A stretch of DNA of 64,000 nt from Candidatus Bathyarchaeota archaeon (lineage in GTDB: Archaea > Thermoproteota > Bathyarchaeia > 40CM-2-53-6 > RBG-13-38-9): positions 256,001 to 320,000 of the forward strand of contig CAWECG010000001.1 in the NCBI GenBank assembly GCA_963807605.1. Reading direction: 5' to 3'. Positions 48,207 through 58,552 of the stretch are shown in pieces. Numbering within the stretch: the stretch's first letter is position 1; the number at the start of each line of letters is the position of its first letter. A program made the position numbers and the translations under genes. The notes below the pieces were generated by a model. The model was not told the DNA's origin, did no database searches, and saw nothing but the letters and a program-made list of their open reading frames with translations.

Positions 48207-49568
48207 ATGCGAATCGTCCTTGTGCAACCACCTAGTGATCCTCTCTGTCATGAAGCCGTCTTTGGATTGAAGACGCCCCCGCTTGGCCTTGCCTACATCG
48301 CGGCCTACCTTGAAGAGAGGGGGTTCAAGCCCAGTATCATAGACATGTCTGTCAAGCAGATGTCGGTGAGGGATCTAAGATCTGAACTTCAAGCTGTGAA
48401 TCCAGATATCGTTGGTATCTACTGCTCAATTACTAGAGCGAGGCAGAGTCTGCAGGTAGCAGAAATAGCAAAGTCACTGGGGGCAACGGTTGTCCTCGGC
48501 GGACCTCATGCTACGCTCGAACACGAGACCTTAGTTAGAGATGAAAATGTCGATGTGATCGTTCGCGGTGAAGGGGAAGCGGTATTCTCTCGCCTAGTTG
48601 AATCGATCGAATCAGGCAGCAGTCTAAAAGAGCTTAGGGGTGTAGTCTTCAAAGAAGGCGACAATATCAACATTAACCCGGTAGCCGCGTTGATTACTGA
48701 TCTCGATGTTCTTCCCTTTCCAGCGTTTCATCTTCTGCCCATGGAGAGTTACAAGATATGTAACTACATTTCAGTCTGCACCCTCTCGTCAAGTCGAGGA
48801 TGTTCTCGCAAATGCAGGTATTGTGTTGTTCCAGAGATGTATCAGGGTAAATGGCGCGGCAAGACTCCACAGAGGGTTGTTGATGAAATTGAGCATATAT
48901 CGTCTGTCTACAAGCCGAGCCTTCTGCTTTTTTTTGACGAATTCTTTACCGAGGATCTCAGTCGAGTGGAATCAATTATTGACGAAATTCGTCATAGAAG
49001 CCTGGATGTAAAGTGGGCGTGCATGAGTACTGGAACAAACGTGTCAAAAGAATTGATGATAAAGATGCAGAAGGCAGGGTGTCTTGCTCTCTTCTTCGGA
49101 GTTGGATGCGAGGTTATCAGCTCAACGCTCAGTTCTGTTGGTCTAAGCGAAGGAGATGTAGTTAGAGGAGCTTGCATGAACGCCCATCAAGCAGGCATAT
49201 TCCCAATCGCAAATGTCGTCTTCGGCTTCCCCGGAGAGACTCGAAGTGACTTTGAGGAGCTTATACGGTGGGTAATCGAATTGGATCCTGACCACGCGCT
49301 ATTCTTCAGGGCGGTTCCTTACAGCGAATTTGGAGAGGGCGAACTTGAGGAAATGGAACGATTTGCCTATAAGAAATTCTACGGCAGAAAGAGCTATCCC
49401 CTAAGGCATACCGCACGGTCAATAACAAGAGCCGCAAGATCTCGGCAGTTCTCACTTGATTTCATACTGAAGTATGCAAGATGGTACATCGAAACTTTGA
49501 GGAAAACAAGCAGCTTGCAAAACTGCACTTCAAGAGACTCATTTATCTTCGATAACGAACGTATCTGA
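48207..49568 (+). CDS. Cobalamin-binding radical SAM protein
   Basis: PPLGLAYIA, GGPHAT, RGEGE, SRGCSRKCRYC (CxxxCxxC) and GFPGET. Confidence 0.9.
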   Translation: MRIVLVQPPSDPLCHEAVFGLKTPPLGLAYIAAYLEERGFKPSIIDMSVKQMSVRDLRSELQAVNPDIVGIYCSITRARQSLQVAEIAKSLGATVVLGGPHATLEHETLVRDENVDVIVRGEGEAVFSRLVESIESGSSLKELRGVVFKEGDNININPVAALITDLDVLPFPAFHLLPMESYKICNYISVCTLSSSRGCSRKCRYCVVPEMYQGKWRGKTPQRVVDEIEHISSVYKPSLLLFFDEFFTEDLSRVESIIDEIRHRSLDVKWACMSTGTNVSKELMIKMQKAGCLALFFGVGCEVISSTLSSVGLSEGDVVRGACMNAHQAGIFPIANVVFGFPGETRSDFEELIRWVIELDPDHALFFRAVPYSEFGEGELEEMERFAYKKFYGRKSYPLRHTARSITRAARSRQFSLDFILKYARWYIETLRKTSSLQNCTSRDSFIFDNERI

Positions 49569-49721
49569 GTTAATCGTCATTCTCTCTAGTCTGTGTTTAC
49601 AAGGATGTGGACGCGCGTAGGATTTTTTTCAAAGCGGCTTTAACCTGCTTCCATGTAATCTTCCTGGCAATGATTTTGGAACTGTTAATCCTACTGTATA
49701 TCCTGTAAATTGCCCGCTAGC

Positions 49722-50732
49722 CTACCGCCAAGTAACATGTACAACGAACTCGACTAGATCCTCAAGAGTCCGCTGATTACGGAAGTGCATTCCTGCTATC
49801 GCATCTGTCGCTTTCCTCTCGAATTGTTCGGAAAGGCCTTGGACGTGTTGAATGGACGTCGAATTCTCAAAGACCTCCATGAGATCCTCCGTACTGCTGC
49901 AACTTTCATTGGTTCTAGTCAATCCGTCTGTGAAATGCGGTGAGGACTTGCCAGAGTTGATAAAAGAATGAATGAGAACGAGGTTGGATCCTTGACCTAG
50001 GAGACACTTGCCCGACAATGTCGTTTTGTTTGCGAAGGCAGCCAAGATCTCCTGGACGTCATCTCTAAGCTGCAAGCTCAGACCAAGATATTCACCGTAC
50101 TTTGAGAGCAATTCTACCTCCTTACTATCGCCGCCTCCAATTAATGCTCCTGACCCTGCTGCCGCTCTTACTAAGGCGCCAGTCTTCTTTCTGACCATTG
50201 TCAGGTAGTTTTCCTCAGTCACTGTCTCCGGATGTTTCTTGAAGACAGTGTCTAGGTACTCGCCCTCAGACATCTCAATGCATGCTTCAGCCATAGTTCT
50301 TCTAATCTTGACTGAGGGGTTCTCGGAGATTATCTGCATGGCCTTGGCGATTAGAAGGTCTCCGCTGAGCACAGCAACATCTCTATCATATTTCGTGTGG
50401 ACCGTTGGCGCCGCTCGCCTTTCCAAATCATTATCGATAAGGTCGTCATGAATCAATGAGGCCGTGTGAATAAGTTCCACAGCGGTAGCCACTGGCAGAG
50501 CCTTCAGGAAGTCGCCTCCAACCGCTTCGCAGGTCATTAGGGTTAACAATGGTCGAAGCCTCTTGCCGCCAGATATTATTGGATGGAGCGATGCGTCGTA
50601 AAGAAGTCTAGCCTCGGAGGGAACTTGAAGAACTTTCAGTAATTCCTTTTCTATAATCGCTAACTTAGCCTTCAGGAGTCTGCGATGCTTCATTGAGTCA
50701 ATCAAAAGATTCCTTTGTTTGGTCATATTCAT
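49722..50732 (-). CDS. Polyprenyl diphosphate synthase
   Basis: GGKRLRP, ELIHTASLIHDDLID...RR, GD.L, KKT and degenerate second motif DDVQE. Confidence 0.9.
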   Translation of the reverse strand: MNMTKQRNLLIDSMKHRRLLKAKLAIIEKELLKVLQVPSEARLLYDASLHPIISGGKRLRPLLTLMTCEAVGGDFLKALPVATAVELIHTASLIHDDLIDNDLERRAAPTVHTKYDRDVAVLSGDLLIAKAMQIISENPSVKIRRTMAEACIEMSEGEYLDTVFKKHPETVTEENYLTMVRKKTGALVRAAAGSGALIGGGDSKEVELLSKYGEYLGLSLQLRDDVQEILAAFANKTTLSGKCLLGQGSNLVLIHSFINSGKSSPHFTDGLTRTNESCSSTEDLMEVFENSTSIQHVQGLSEQFERKATDAIAGMHFRNQRTLEDLVEFVVHVTWR

Positions 50733-50917
50733 GATTCTAGCACTTCTAGACCTGGCATGGTTGCGGATTGTGGATGGCCGATGCCATATCTTCTTTGCGG
50801 TAAGGCAGATGTTCTGCGAACAAGAATAATCGTTGAAGCGTACTTAAGTCGAGCGCTAGGTTGGTCTTTCCTAGTGGTGTTGGCAAACACTGGAATCTTG
50901 AGCGACAAGCAGCTAGG

Positions 50918-51122
50918 CTAGTGTGGAATGAATAGTGAAAGGACTTTTCCAAGCACCCAGATACCCAGTATTGCTATGACTATCATTGCTAAAGTCGAAT
51001 CCGTAGATGAAAGCTGTGAACTTTGGTTGTCTCGGTTTTCCAATGAACGCAGCCAATATGGCGACGTATACAGGGACGAGGACTATTCCAAATATCAGAA
51101 GATACCCAAGGCTGATCATCAT
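50918..51122 (-). pseudogene. Small two-TM membrane protein downstream of NrfD subunit, apparently frameshifted
   Basis: TM1 ..PVYVAILAAFIGKPR..FIYG; a +1 shift near 51000 restores a second TM helix, STLAMIVIAILGIWVLGKVLSLFIPH*. Confidence 0.55.
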
Positions 51123-52417
51123 CTTGAACCTTCTCCTAATTCCATAATGGGGAAGATCTTAATGAAAATCAAGTATCCCAAGGCCACAAAGCTTAGCGTT
51201 CCAATCAATACGGAATACTCCACCCAAGTCGGGGTGTAACTTCCGATTGGGTATATTGTAAGCCTCGGGTACATCAGTGAAGGTACTACTATCAATATTC
51301 TCTTAATCCATAGGACAAACAGTATAATCGCGGACACCGCGATCGTTCCTCTAAGACTGAAGTGCACATGCTTGCTTAAGGTGTCAGCTGCAAGGTAGAT
51401 TGAAGATAGAATTAGCAGGGCTATGACCGGTAGGAAAAGTGTTGAGAGATTTCCAAAGAGTAAAGCATCAGAGACGGCTTTATCCGCAGGTGGAGCCGCG
51501 TACTGGGCAGTTGTTTGCTCATGCAATACGAACCAGAGATATATGACAGTCAGAATTAGCAACATCTTGCTAAGTCCTTTGAAGGCTTTTTGGTCTACTA
51601 GATCCTCCCAGTGAAACAGTTTAACAGCAACTCCGGCCACAAGTATGACTCCAGCCACAGCTGATGTGAGTGCACCAGCCAAGAAGTAAGGTCCTTGTAC
51701 TGCGCTGAACCATGATGGTGGTGCTGGAATTAATCCAAAGATCCAAGGTATCACTGCACCGCTGAGCAATGTCATCAACATGATAAGGCACAACGCTAGC
51801 CACCAAGCGATTTGTTCGATCTTCTCTTTTTCGCCTTCTCGATAATTTACCGTAACGACTTTGTATACTAGTCTCCATTTTGCCGGGAGTCTACTCATTA
51901 GTCTGACTACGTCTTCCCTCATGGTAATGAAAAGGTAGGTTGCGCTGAGGACAAAATAGGCAAGTACTACAGTAAAGTCCCAGATAAGTGGAGAACTTCC
52001 TACGGTCTGCCAATAGTACAATATAAAGTTGAAGATTCTATCTGGTCTGCCTGAGTCAACTATAATTGTAACTAAAGCTGCGACCAGAGAGAGGATTGTT
52101 AAAAGTTCAGCTATCCTGGCCAAGGGTTTGTAATGTTCAAGCTTCATTATCCGTATTGACGCTGAAATACCGATTCCTCCATGGGCCATGCCGACATACC
52201 AGACGAATGAAGATATGTAGAGCCCCCATGGAACTCCTCCACTTGTCCCCCAGTCTCTCAGTCCAGTGACAACTAAACCCTGAGTGAGTTGTGTCAGGTA
52301 TGCATAGACTCCTAAAACTAGGAACGCCGCCAGGACCGCTAATGACGCGTAAAAGAGCTTGCTAGTGTGGAGTATAGGTTCGAGGATTCTTTCCTCTGTG
52401 AGTTTGTCGCTGCTCAT
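51119..52417 (-). CDS. NrfD/PsrC/HybB-family integral membrane subunit
   Basis: GLVVTGL, WGLYI..FV, RIAE, D.GRPDR and SPL.WD; about 10 TM helices. Confidence 0.9.
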   Translation of the reverse strand: MSSDKLTEERILEPILHTSKLFYASLAVLAAFLVLGVYAYLTQLTQGLVVTGLRDWGTSGGVPWGLYISSFVWYVGMAHGGIGISASIRIMKLEHYKPLARIAELLTILSLVAALVTIIVDSGRPDRIFNFILYYWQTVGSSPLIWDFTVVLAYFVLSATYLFITMREDVVRLMSRLPAKWRLVYKVVTVNYREGEKEKIEQIAWWLALCLIMLMTLLSGAVIPWIFGLIPAPPSWFSAVQGPYFLAGALTSAVAGVILVAGVAVKLFHWEDLVDQKAFKGLSKMLLILTVIYLWFVLHEQTTAQYAAPPADKAVSDALLFGNLSTLFLPVIALLILSSIYLAADTLSKHVHFSLRGTIAVSAIILFVLWIKRILIVVPSLMYPRLTIYPIGSYTPTWVEYSVLIGTLSFVALGYLIFIKIFPIMELGEGSR

Positions 52418-52420
52418 CGT

Positions 52421-53266
52421 TCAAGCACCTTTACTCGCGTATTGCTGCTCATGGAGCGGGTAGCCTCCAACATAGTATACCTTGGGTTCTGTGCCTAATT
52501 CGTCAAGTAGACGGAAGTACTTGTTCTTAGAGACGAATTTTGAGACATCGCTGTTGGGGTCGTTCAAATCGCCAAAGTGCAATGCGTGTACCGGACATAT
52601 CTCCACGCACGCTGGAAGAAGTTTACCTTTGTCAATGCGTTGAACGCACCAAGTGCATTTCTCCATTACACCTATAGAATGTCCTCCCCCGGCGGTCTCT
52701 CTTCCGTCACGATCACGGTAATCCTTTAGGATCCCAGTTGTGGAACCCAATTCTCCTTGAGTGCCCTTTGGATTACTCCAGTTGAAGTGGTTCACACCGT
52801 AGGGGCAGGCTACCTCGCAGTACCTGCAACCTATGCATCTCCCAAAGTCTGTTAATACAAGACCGTCATCCCGCTTGTATCGCGCTGTCACGGGGCATAC
52901 CTTTGCACACGGTGGATTATTGCAGTGCATACATGGCCGCGGCAAGTATTTGTAGTCAGCATTTGTCGGATATATGAGCTCCATCCAAAATATTCCCTGA
53001 GGAGTACCATTCTCAATTTTGCAGGCTTCGACACATTTCCTACAGCCGATGCAAGTTCCGACATCCACGACATAGGCATATTTTGGCCCAGAAGACGACC
53101 CGCCGGTCGTGCTTGAAGCTTTGGCAGATTTAACTAGTGTATTCCATTCTCCGCCTTTCAGCATCGATATGGTTGACAAACCTAGTCGTGTAATGAGAAG
53201 ACCCGCACCAATGCCGGCTGCGTATCTTATGAATTTTCTTCGAGAGACCTTTTGCATCATTTTCAC
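52421..53266 (-). CDS. Tat-exported 4Fe-4S polyferredoxin subunit (NrfC/HybA/DsrO-like)
   Basis: SRRKF Tat motif; CIGCRKCVEAC, CMHC..PPC..VCP, CIGCRYC..ACPY and KCTWC...PACVEICP. Confidence 0.92.
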   Translation of the reverse strand: MKMMQKVSRRKFIRYAAGIGAGLLITRLGLSTISMLKGGEWNTLVKSAKASSTTGGSSSGPKYAYVVDVGTCIGCRKCVEACKIENGTPQGIFWMELIYPTNADYKYLPRPCMHCNNPPCAKVCPVTARYKRDDGLVLTDFGRCIGCRYCEVACPYGVNHFNWSNPKGTQGELGSTTGILKDYRDRDGRETAGGGHSIGVMEKCTWCVQRIDKGKLLPACVEICPVHALHFGDLNDPNSDVSKFVSKNKYFRLLDELGTEPKVYYVGGYPLHEQQYASKGA

Positions 53267-53290
53267 TTGTGATAGTCACTTGATTAAAAT

Positions 53291-53809
53291 CTAGGAAACG
53301 TTTTTGTCCGCTTTTAAAGCTTTTCTCGTTTGTCCCGAATAAGAGTTGACTTCTTGCAGAATCAGCTGAATGATCCTAGGAACGGCCGAGTTGACTTTCT
53401 CTGTAAGCCCGATCTTCATTGTCGCCGTGTCTTCAGGTTCGCAACCAATGATCAGTATGTCTTTTGGCATGTCGCCGAGTCTTCGGCCGATAGCTATAAC
53501 CTTCTCTAAGTCAACTTCATGCATGCTCGCGTAGATCATACGCCTAAGATCCTCGTCTACAACTTCTTTGACTTCACGTGGTTCAATTCGGTAGACTGTA
53601 CCCGGGGATTTGCCAAGTCTCACTGCGTCGATGAATATTATTCTATTATAATACTTGGAGTAGTGGAGGATATCCATCCCTGAAGTTCCAAGATCCATGA
53701 CATCGACATGAGGGGGCAATTTGGTCTGGTTGAGTTTCGCAACTACTCCGGGTCCCAGTCCATCATCGCATTTCAGAAGGTTTCCAACCCCAGCAATCAG
53801 AGTCTTCAT
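53291..53809 (-). CDS. Hydrogenase maturation protease (HyaD/HybD family)
   Basis: GVGNLL..DDG.G, D.GT, IDA, SMHE and IGCEP. Confidence 0.92.
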   Translation of the reverse strand: MKTLIAGVGNLLKCDDGLGPGVVAKLNQTKLPPHVDVMDLGTSGMDILHYSKYYNRIIFIDAVRLGKSPGTVYRIEPREVKEVVDEDLRRMIYASMHEVDLEKVIAIGRRLGDMPKDILIIGCEPEDTATMKIGLTEKVNSAVPRIIQLILQEVNSYSGQTRKALKADKNVS

Positions 53810-54027
53810 CTGCTCTACTACAGCTTGCTATGTGATGCTCAGATTAGGTATCGTAACAGCCTAACTTATCTATTCTTCAATAGAAAAATTATGAGTAAGC
53901 GTGTTTCACCTTTTTGCTGCAGAGACTGGCGGGATTTGTTCTTGTGGGATGCTTCGGCATTTTGTAGGTAGTCAACTTTAAAAGAATAGTTAACACATGT
54001 GGAATCCAAAATTCGGAGACTCATTCC

Positions 54028-55104
54028 ATGGAGCCCCAAGTCGACAATATCCTTTCAAGACGCAATTTCCTGAAAGCGGGTGTAGGCGCCGCAGCATTAC
54101 TATCAACATTCCGCCTCGATGAAGCTCTCGTCAAAGAAGCTATGGCACAATTACAGCAAGGCGGAGTCTCATTGCTTTGGGTTCACGGTGCAGCATGTCA
54201 ATCGTGCACTGTCTCTCTTCTGAACACAACCTACCCGGATGTCATTGACGTGATTACAGGCACACTTCCACAGGTTAAGGTAAATCTCGATTACCAACCA
54301 GTTCTAATGCCGAAGTGGGGAGATGAAGCACTCGAAGTCCTGAAAAACCCGCCAAACGACTATATCCTCGTCATCGAAGGTGCGATACAGACGAAGAATG
54401 ACGGCACCTTCTGCACCATAGGTGAGATCGATGGAAAGCCCGTGGTGATGAAAGATTGGGTTACAAAACTCTCAGGCGGTGCAATGGCGGTTCTTGCTTT
54501 TGGAACATGTGCCTCCTATGGGGGAATACCCGCTGGTTTACCAAACCCTACGGGATCAGTGGGGGCTACGGATTTTCTGGGAGCCAATTACAGATCAAGA
54601 CTCAATCTACCGATAGTCAATGTTTCAGGATGTCCACCACATCCTGACTGGATGGTTGGGACCCTTGCTACCGTTATTCTTGCAGCAAAGAAGCTCTATC
54701 CCTTTCCAGAACTTGACGCTTTAGGTCGCCCTACCATGTACTTTGGCAGAGCAGTTCATGACGACTGCCCGAGGAGAGCCTTCTATGATGAGGGAAAGTT
54801 CGCTGACAGGTTTGGTCACGACGGATGTATATTCCAACTCGGCTGTAAGGGCCCTATATCCTATGCAGACTGCAACTCGAGAAAATGGAATAATGGCTTG
54901 AATTCCTGCACAATTTCCGGTGCACCCTGTCTCGCGTGTGTCCAGCCAGAATTTCCTGACAAGGCATCTCCGTTCCTTGAGCCGCTTCCTATACCTGCAA
55001 TGTCATACAAGGAGGCGGCTGCCATTGGAACAGCTGTTGGAGGAATTCTCGCCGGGGCTTACTGGCTTCAAGGCAGAAAAGGGAAGCAACAAGGTGCCCA
55101 CTGA
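54028..55104 (+). CDS. Group 1 [NiFe]-hydrogenase small subunit, Tat signal, C-terminal anchor
   Basis: SRRNFLK; CQSC, GTCASYGG, GCPPHPD, HDDCPRR, GCKGP and PCLAC. Confidence 0.94.
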   Translation: MEPQVDNILSRRNFLKAGVGAAALLSTFRLDEALVKEAMAQLQQGGVSLLWVHGAACQSCTVSLLNTTYPDVIDVITGTLPQVKVNLDYQPVLMPKWGDEALEVLKNPPNDYILVIEGAIQTKNDGTFCTIGEIDGKPVVMKDWVTKLSGGAMAVLAFGTCASYGGIPAGLPNPTGSVGATDFLGANYRSRLNLPIVNVSGCPPHPDWMVGTLATVILAAKKLYPFPELDALGRPTMYFGRAVHDDCPRRAFYDEGKFADRFGHDGCIFQLGCKGPISYADCNSRKWNNGLNSCTISGAPCLACVQPEFPDKASPFLEPLPIPAMSYKEAAAIGTAVGGILAGAYWLQGRKGKQQGAH

Positions 55105-56579
55105 TGGTTGAAATTACAGTAGATCCTGTCACTAGGATTGAAGGACATCTCAATATTAAATTGGAAATGGAAGGGGGCAGATTCACGAATGCCTGGTCAT
55201 CACATTCACTCTTCAGAGGTTTCGAAGAGATTCTACAAGGAAGAGACCCTCGAGATGCGGTCTGGATCGCATCTCGGATGTGCGGTGTATGCTATACTTC
55301 GCACGGGATGGCTGCAGCGCTAGCTTTAGAACAGGCTATGGGAGTCAAACCACCTCCTTTGGGAAGTTTACTTAGAGTTTTGACTCAACTCGCGGAGTGG
55401 ATGTATGATCACGTATTGATCCTTTTTGCTTTGGAGGGTCCGGACTACGGTCCCCCGTATGGGAAGCTGGATGAATTCGCTGCATTCAAAGGCAAAGGTT
55501 ACCTCGATGCGTTGAGGATGTCAAGACTCGCCAGAGAAGCTACAGCTGTATGGGGAGGCAAGATGCCTCATCAGGCTTCATTTGTTGTAGGCGGAATAAC
55601 AGAATTTCCGGATACAAAGAAGTTCGCAAACTTCACTTACAGGCTTCTTGAGGTGAAGAAATGGATTGACGAATACATGATCCCTCTAATGGACAAGTTC
55701 TACGATTCCTACAAAGATGAGCTGACGAATTCTGGCGAACGAGATGCTAGTTTTCTCAGCTATGGAGTCTTCGACGACGAGACACTCGACCCGCAGAAGA
55801 GGCTATTGAAACCTGGCGCTCTCATAAACGGCAACTTGGTCACAACAAACCTATACCAAGATATCGCCCCAAAGATCACCGAGTATGTTACTCACTCTTG
55901 GTATACCGATGATTCAGGGGGAGAGCCGGATAAGAGCAAGGCTCCCGTGCCTCAGTATACCGGAATACAGAAAGATGGAAAATACTCATGGTGCAAAGCT
56001 CCACGCTGGGATGACAACGTCGTAGAGGTTGGGCCACTAGCTCGAATGTGGGTCACAGCGCTTCAAAGCGGAGGAAGAATCCGGACCGACGCCGGTAATT
56101 GGAGCCCGCCAAAGAAACCTGACACAATCGAGAGACTATACGCCAGAGCATATGAAACCGCCTTCGTAGCGACCAAACTAGTTGATAAACTCTATGAACT
56201 TCTAGATCTTATCAACCGCGGTGAGCGGGAAGTCTTCCAACCCTTCTCCATCCCGGAGAGCTCAGAAGGAATGGGACTTACTGAAGCTGCGAGGGGAGCC
56301 CTTGGGCATTGGGTAAAGATCGAGAACAAGAAGATTGCAGGATATCAAGTCATAACCCCTACGACTTGGAATGGCTCCCCAAGAGACAACAAGGGAAGGC
56401 GTGGACCGACAGAGGAGGCACTCTCAAACACGCTTGTTAAGAATACAGATCCAACATTGGATGCGGTTAGGGTAGTGCGGGCTTTCGATCCCTGTATAGC
56501 ATGTGCCGTCCATGTCCTCGATGGGAAGAAGGTCTTAACAAAGCGCATAGAGGTCTTCGGCGATATCACTCGGCCATAA
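55104..56579 (+). CDS. Group 1 [NiFe]-hydrogenase large subunit
   Basis: DPVTRIEGH, L1 RMCGVC and L2 DPCIACAVH plus a cleavable C-terminal extension. Confidence 0.96.
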   Translation: MVEITVDPVTRIEGHLNIKLEMEGGRFTNAWSSHSLFRGFEEILQGRDPRDAVWIASRMCGVCYTSHGMAAALALEQAMGVKPPPLGSLLRVLTQLAEWMYDHVLILFALEGPDYGPPYGKLDEFAAFKGKGYLDALRMSRLAREATAVWGGKMPHQASFVVGGITEFPDTKKFANFTYRLLEVKKWIDEYMIPLMDKFYDSYKDELTNSGERDASFLSYGVFDDETLDPQKRLLKPGALINGNLVTTNLYQDIAPKITEYVTHSWYTDDSGGEPDKSKAPVPQYTGIQKDGKYSWCKAPRWDDNVVEVGPLARMWVTALQSGGRIRTDAGNWSPPKKPDTIERLYARAYETAFVATKLVDKLYELLDLINRGEREVFQPFSIPESSEGMGLTEAARGALGHWVKIENKKIAGYQVITPTTWNGSPRDNKGRRGPTEEALSNTLVKNTDPTLDAVRVVRAFDPCIACAVHVLDGKKVLTKRIEVFGDITRP

Positions 56580-56613
56580 ACGTAAATGGGTGAGAACTTC
56601 CAAGTGATCCTGA

Positions 56614-57333
56614 ATGTTAGACTACGTACAGATCTTTGACTTCGCCAGATCAACCCTTCCACAAATAACACTCGCAGTCTTCATTGTTGGAGTATTAATG
56701 CGAGCCGCCAAGTGGATTAGTCTCGGCTTTCCCAAATGGAAACGCCCGCCGTCAAAATCTCGCAGAATAGTGGGCGCGATAAAGAACTGGTCGATAGATA
56801 TGATCCCTCCATGGGATCTGGCAGGGAGGGTTGAGCCAGTTGGCTATGTCGTCGGGATAACGATGCATGTGACATGCATACTAATACTGCTTGGAGCGTT
56901 GCACGAGGCCTCAGTGATGAACATCCTCAATATTCCTTATCACCCTTCACCATTGCAGTTTCCAATGATACCCGCATCCAATCTTCCAATAACTGTTCCT
57001 AAAGACCTCCTCACCTACTTCATCGCGCCGGTCTTCCTCTCAACGTTAGGTGTCCTCATCCTCAGGCGCGTATACCAGAATATCCGAGGGGGCCCCTTGA
57101 AAGCTCTCACGATAAAATCAGACTGGATCGCTGCGCCTCTTCTATGGTCGGCAGGATTCACAGGCCTTCTCGCAGTCTTAGCGGTTGGACCTTACACACA
57201 AATCTTGACGCTACACCTCATCATCACGCAGATCTTCATAATGTATCTCCCCTACAGCAAACTCCTCCACAGCGCCACAGTCTTCGCAGTCAGAACATGG
57301 GCCGGATTCAGAAGAGCGATCTATGGTGTGTAA
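56614..57333 (+). CDS. NarI-family cytochrome b (HdrE/DsrM/Isp1-like)
   Basis: About 5 TM helices; His in TMHV, ALHE, TLHL and PYSKLLH. Confidence 0.82.
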   Translation: MLDYVQIFDFARSTLPQITLAVFIVGVLMRAAKWISLGFPKWKRPPSKSRRIVGAIKNWSIDMIPPWDLAGRVEPVGYVVGITMHVTCILILLGALHEASVMNILNIPYHPSPLQFPMIPASNLPITVPKDLLTYFIAPVFLSTLGVLILRRVYQNIRGGPLKALTIKSDWIAAPLLWSAGFTGLLAVLAVGPYTQILTLHLIITQIFIMYLPYSKLLHSATVFAVRTWAGFRRAIYGV

Positions 57334-57338
57334 CCAAA

Positions 57339-58550
57339 TTGGCTGAAAAGGTATTCTTATCGTTCAAGAGGCTTGATGGTTTCGAAGCCATCAATATGGA
57401 GACCTGCACCAGATGCGGTGCCTGTGCCCACTCATGCCCAGCATATGCACCAACAGGAGAAGATTATGCCGTTCCAGCTTGGAAGAGCGTACAGTTCAGA
57501 AGACTGCTGAATAGGCAGAGAGGCTTTCTCTCAGCCATCCTAGGTCAGAGACCCGTTCCAAGGGAATGGTTGCGCGATATATCTGCCAAAGGCCTCTACC
57601 TGTGTACTCTATGCGGGAGATGCATGCCGGGATGCGTCTTCACCATCCAGAACCTTGAGCTCTGGGAGAAACTCCGCTCAATAATCTTTGAAGAGAAAGA
57701 GGCTTCACCTAACCTAATGAAGGTCTCCGAGTCCCTTGAAACGAGAAGAAATCCATATGACTGCAACCACAATGAACGTTTAAGCTGGGTCAAGGAACTC
57801 GGCCCGGAAAATGCGAGGATAGGCCAGAAGGCCGAGACCCTCTACTATGTCGGTTGCACCTCTTCATACCAAGAACAGGGAATGGCCTCAGCCACTGCAA
57901 GAATCCTGACCAAGCTTAATTATGACTGGTCGCTGTTCGGCCAGGATGAATGGTGCTGCGGAGACCCGCACATCGCGGTAGGCGACCAAGACAAAGCGAG
58001 AGAATTCGCCCAACACAACCTGGAAATCGCCTTATCCCTTGGGGCACGAAAGATCATCACAAGCTGCGCCCACTGCTACAGAATGTGGAAGTGGAAGTAT
58101 CCTCAGCTCCTCGGCAAGAAACACGACCTTGAGATTCTTCACACAACAGAGTGTCTTCAGAGAGGCCTCGAGTCAGGTAGTTTGAAACTTGAAAAGACCT
58201 CAAGCAAGGTGACGTACCACGACCCATGTAACCTTTCCAGGCTCGGAGGTGTCGTGAACGAGCCCAGGCGCGTCATAAGTGAAATCGCCGATAACTACGC
58301 TGAGATGAAGGAGAAGGGGTTCGACACTTTTTGCTGCGGAGGCGGCGGGATGACAGAGGCCGCGAACAAAGAACTCTGGGTGAAGATTGCTGATGAGCGG
58401 TTCAGACAAGCAAAAACGATCGAGCCCGAATTACTGATCTCAGCCTGCCCGTTCTGCCGCCGAACCCTGACACAAGCTGCTGAAAGATCAGAGAGCAAAA
58501 TGCAAGTCCTTGACATAACAGAACTAGTTGCCAGACAGTTGAAGGACTAG
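57339..58550 (+). CDS. HdrD-like Fe-S protein with two CCG domains
   Basis: CTRCGACAHSC, CTLCGRCMPGC, YVGC, WCCG, CAHC, YHDPC, FCCGGGG and CPFC; TTG start at 57339. Confidence 0.9.
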   Translation: MAEKVFLSFKRLDGFEAINMETCTRCGACAHSCPAYAPTGEDYAVPAWKSVQFRRLLNRQRGFLSAILGQRPVPREWLRDISAKGLYLCTLCGRCMPGCVFTIQNLELWEKLRSIIFEEKEASPNLMKVSESLETRRNPYDCNHNERLSWVKELGPENARIGQKAETLYYVGCTSSYQEQGMASATARILTKLNYDWSLFGQDEWCCGDPHIAVGDQDKAREFAQHNLEIALSLGARKIITSCAHCYRMWKWKYPQLLGKKHDLEILHTTECLQRGLESGSLKLEKTSSKVTYHDPCNLSRLGGVVNEPRRVISEIADNYAEMKEKGFDTFCCGGGGMTEAANKELWVKIADERFRQAKTIEPELLISACPFCRRTLTQAAERSESKMQVLDITELVARQLKD

Positions 58551-58552
58551 TC

